The notes under the pieces were generated by a model. The model was given only the letters and a program-made list of their open reading frames with translations. It ran no database searches and was not told the origin of the DNA. Positions 63,403 to 64,000 of a stretch of DNA of 64,000 bases are shown here, in pieces (position 1 is the stretch's first letter; each line of letters starts with the position of its first letter). The DNA comes from Candidatus Poseidoniales archaeon (GTDB taxonomy: Archaea > Thermoplasmatota > Poseidoniia > Poseidoniales > Poseidoniaceae): the NCBI GenBank assembly GCA_038106355.1, contig JAYODQ010000008.1, forward strand, positions 3,904 to 67,903, written 5' to 3'. Made by a program: the position numbers and the translations under genes.

Positions 63403-64000
63403 ATGGGTGGTCTACTCGAGAAAGCAACAACAACAAAAACAGAACAAAGCGAAGGTCAGACGTTTGAACCTGCAGTCATCGTTGCAGCATCTCCTTTACC
63501 AAGTCCACAACCTTCTTCATCTGTTCCTGCAGGCGGTAGAAGCCCAAGTGGTTCTCCCGAAACTGCCCAGAAAATCGGATTAGCCGGTTGGGTTGTGATC
63601 ATCATCGGTGCTATTTTATCACTTCAGGGTGGGTCTTGGGGTTTGGTTGTCGTTGCAACCGTCGTGGTTCTTGGGGTGGCTGCCATCGTGCAGGCAGACC
63701 GAATGCGAGGTGGCGTGAGTAAGCCAAAACTCTATGCTACTCTCATTATTGCAATGTTAGTTGCAGTTGGGCCTTATGCCCTTGTCGTCGTCTTTCCTTC
63801 CAACGCAAATATCGCAGTCACTGACATCAGCATTGATGAAGAAAATGATGAACTGGATTTTGCCGTCCGTGGAAGTTTCGATTCTGTCGATATAGAAATT
63901 GTTTCTGATGGTGAGATTCTTTGGAGTGGCTCAGCAGAGATGGGAGAAAATATCAAAAGATTTAACATACCAATCGCCGAATTTTTTGATGGCAACTCAC
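63403..64000 (+). CDS. Hypothetical membrane protein, N-terminal part (3' end outside window)
   Basis: ATG at 63403 opens a frame with no stop through nt 64000 (MGGLLEKATTTKTEQ...; two TM helices GLAGWVVIIIGAILSL and LVVVATVVVLGVAAIV; then a soluble domain). It is absent from the ORF track only because it has no stop in the window. Confidence 0.55.
   Translation, partial: MGGLLEKATTTKTEQSEGQTFEPAVIVAASPLPSPQPSSSVPAGGRSPSGSPETAQKIGLAGWVVIIIGAILSLQGGSWGLVVVATVVVLGVAAIVQADRMRGGVSKPKLYATLIIAMLVAVGPYALVVVFPSNANIAVTDISIDEENDELDFAVRGSFDSVDIEIVSDGEILWSGSAEMGENIKRFNIPIAEFFDGNS

Noticed and set aside
63398-63583. 61-aa ORF (MRWVVYSRKQQQQKQ...) listed in the track.
   Set aside because: A different frame starting at 63403 stays open to the window end and encodes plausible TM helices. 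The 61-aa product is a low-complexity artefact of the overlapping frame.
1-64000. Scan for CRISPR arrays, rRNA genes, IS elements and long DNA-level repeats.
   Set aside because: I saw no regularly spaced short repeats, rRNA-like sequence or transposase ORFs. The only repeats are the diverged protein-level LTD and TSP3 units and the short intergenic repeats already listed.

Overview
Gene-dense (about 90% coding) chromosomal segment. I support 63 protein-coding genes (two cut by the window edges) and 4 intron-less tRNAs: Thr-UGU, Val-CAC, Asn-GUU and a CAU tRNA. I found no rRNA, CRISPR array, transposase or integrase. The host is almost certainly an archaeon. Evidence: archaeal/eukaryal-type PheRS alpha subunit, CTP-dependent riboflavin kinase, archaeal NMN adenylyltransferase, DRG-type GTPase, split GMP synthase, and a ThiR-type (HTH+ThiN) regulator. 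It also carries many bacterial-type metabolic genes (FolD, GcvT/PA/PB, Kbl, GrpE, TatC, AspC-like) and surface proteins rich in thrombospondin-type-3-like Ca-binding repeats. This mix would fit a marine planktonic Thermoplasmatota/Poseidoniales-like (MGII) lineage, but that is inference only. Shine-Dalgarno-like GGAGG/GGTGA motifs precede several starts, and many genes are translationally coupled. Most of the window is housekeeping: amino-acid, C1, purine and cofactor metabolism, and a thiR-thiBPQ thiamine uptake operon. Loci that deserve a second look: (1) a translationally coupled 3-gene operon at 19263-23511, encoding a DUF4388/DUF835-like protein, a DnaA/Hda-like AAA+ protein with a dead Walker A, and a YkgJ-type CxxCxxCC protein; (2) a 1635-aa membrane-anchored surface protein (6 lamin-tail domains, two HKD/PLD domains, TSP3 repeats) inside a co-directional array with a TctA-type permease, an OB-fold-like surface protein, thymidine phosphorylase, a 2OG oxygenase and a divergent SAMHD1-like HD hydrolase, possibly an extracellular phosphodiester/DNA scavenging module; (3) a GDPD enzyme whose catalytic HRG strand sits at the C-terminus (apparent circular permutation), divergently paired with an Aur1-like PAP2_3 membrane protein; (4) an ABC-2 transporter cluster with a TSP3-decorated permease, an AttH/CrtC-like protein and a bPH membrane protein. 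All family assignments come from motif recognition by eye; no database search was run.
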